DNA of 63,792 nt, the filler included, from Octopus bimaculoides (lineage: Eukaryota), in NCBI RefSeq assembly GCF_001194135.2. It is 5 parts of 5 records of this genome, joined end to end, with 100 filler letters (N's around TTAATTAATTAA, not from the genome) between each part and the next. Parts side by side here need not be neighbours in the genome. Positions count along the whole stretch, not along the records: positions 61,702 to 63,792 come from NW_026378333.1; 4 more parts are not named here. One strand, 5' to 3'. Positions within the stretch are counted from its first letter, which is position 1; each line of letters opens with the position of its first letter. A model generated the notes under the pieces. That model was not told where the DNA came from. It searched no databases and saw nothing but the letters and a program-made list of their open reading frames with translations. The translations under genes and the position numbers were made by a program. Positions 63,766-63,792 of this stretch are shown in pieces.

Positions 63766-63792
<27 letters not shown>

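Overview
Repeat-saturated, gap-rich metazoan genomic DNA, probably Octopus (inferred from the microsatellite, SINE, mariner and Penelope landscape; not verifiable here). Only two host coding segments are supportable: a 197-nt internal exon of a KLHL1/4/5-subfamily kelch gene (+, 41764-41960) and a probable first coding exon of an unidentified gene running off the left edge (-, <1-271). The rest is microsatellites, several tRNA-derived SINE families, fragments of RTE, R4/Dong, L1/Tx1 and CR1-type LINEs, Tc1/mariner and piggyBac-type DNA transposons and MITEs, Helitron-like repeats, a U6 snRNA pseudogene and a decayed, nearly full-length Penelope-like element (-, ~61.7-63.8 kb). Most notable: six minimal type-I hammerhead-ribozyme-like motifs from different repeat families (2954, 8136, 34538, 43262, 51705, 52886), mostly next to microsatellites and several in inverted or tandem arrangements. 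One sits in a ~162-nt retrozyme-like monomer and has an atypical CUGUGGA core. Four artificial 44N-TTAATTAATTAA-44N scaffold joins mean long-range contiguity is unproven. Almost all ORFs in the supplied track are microsatellite or N-run artefacts.
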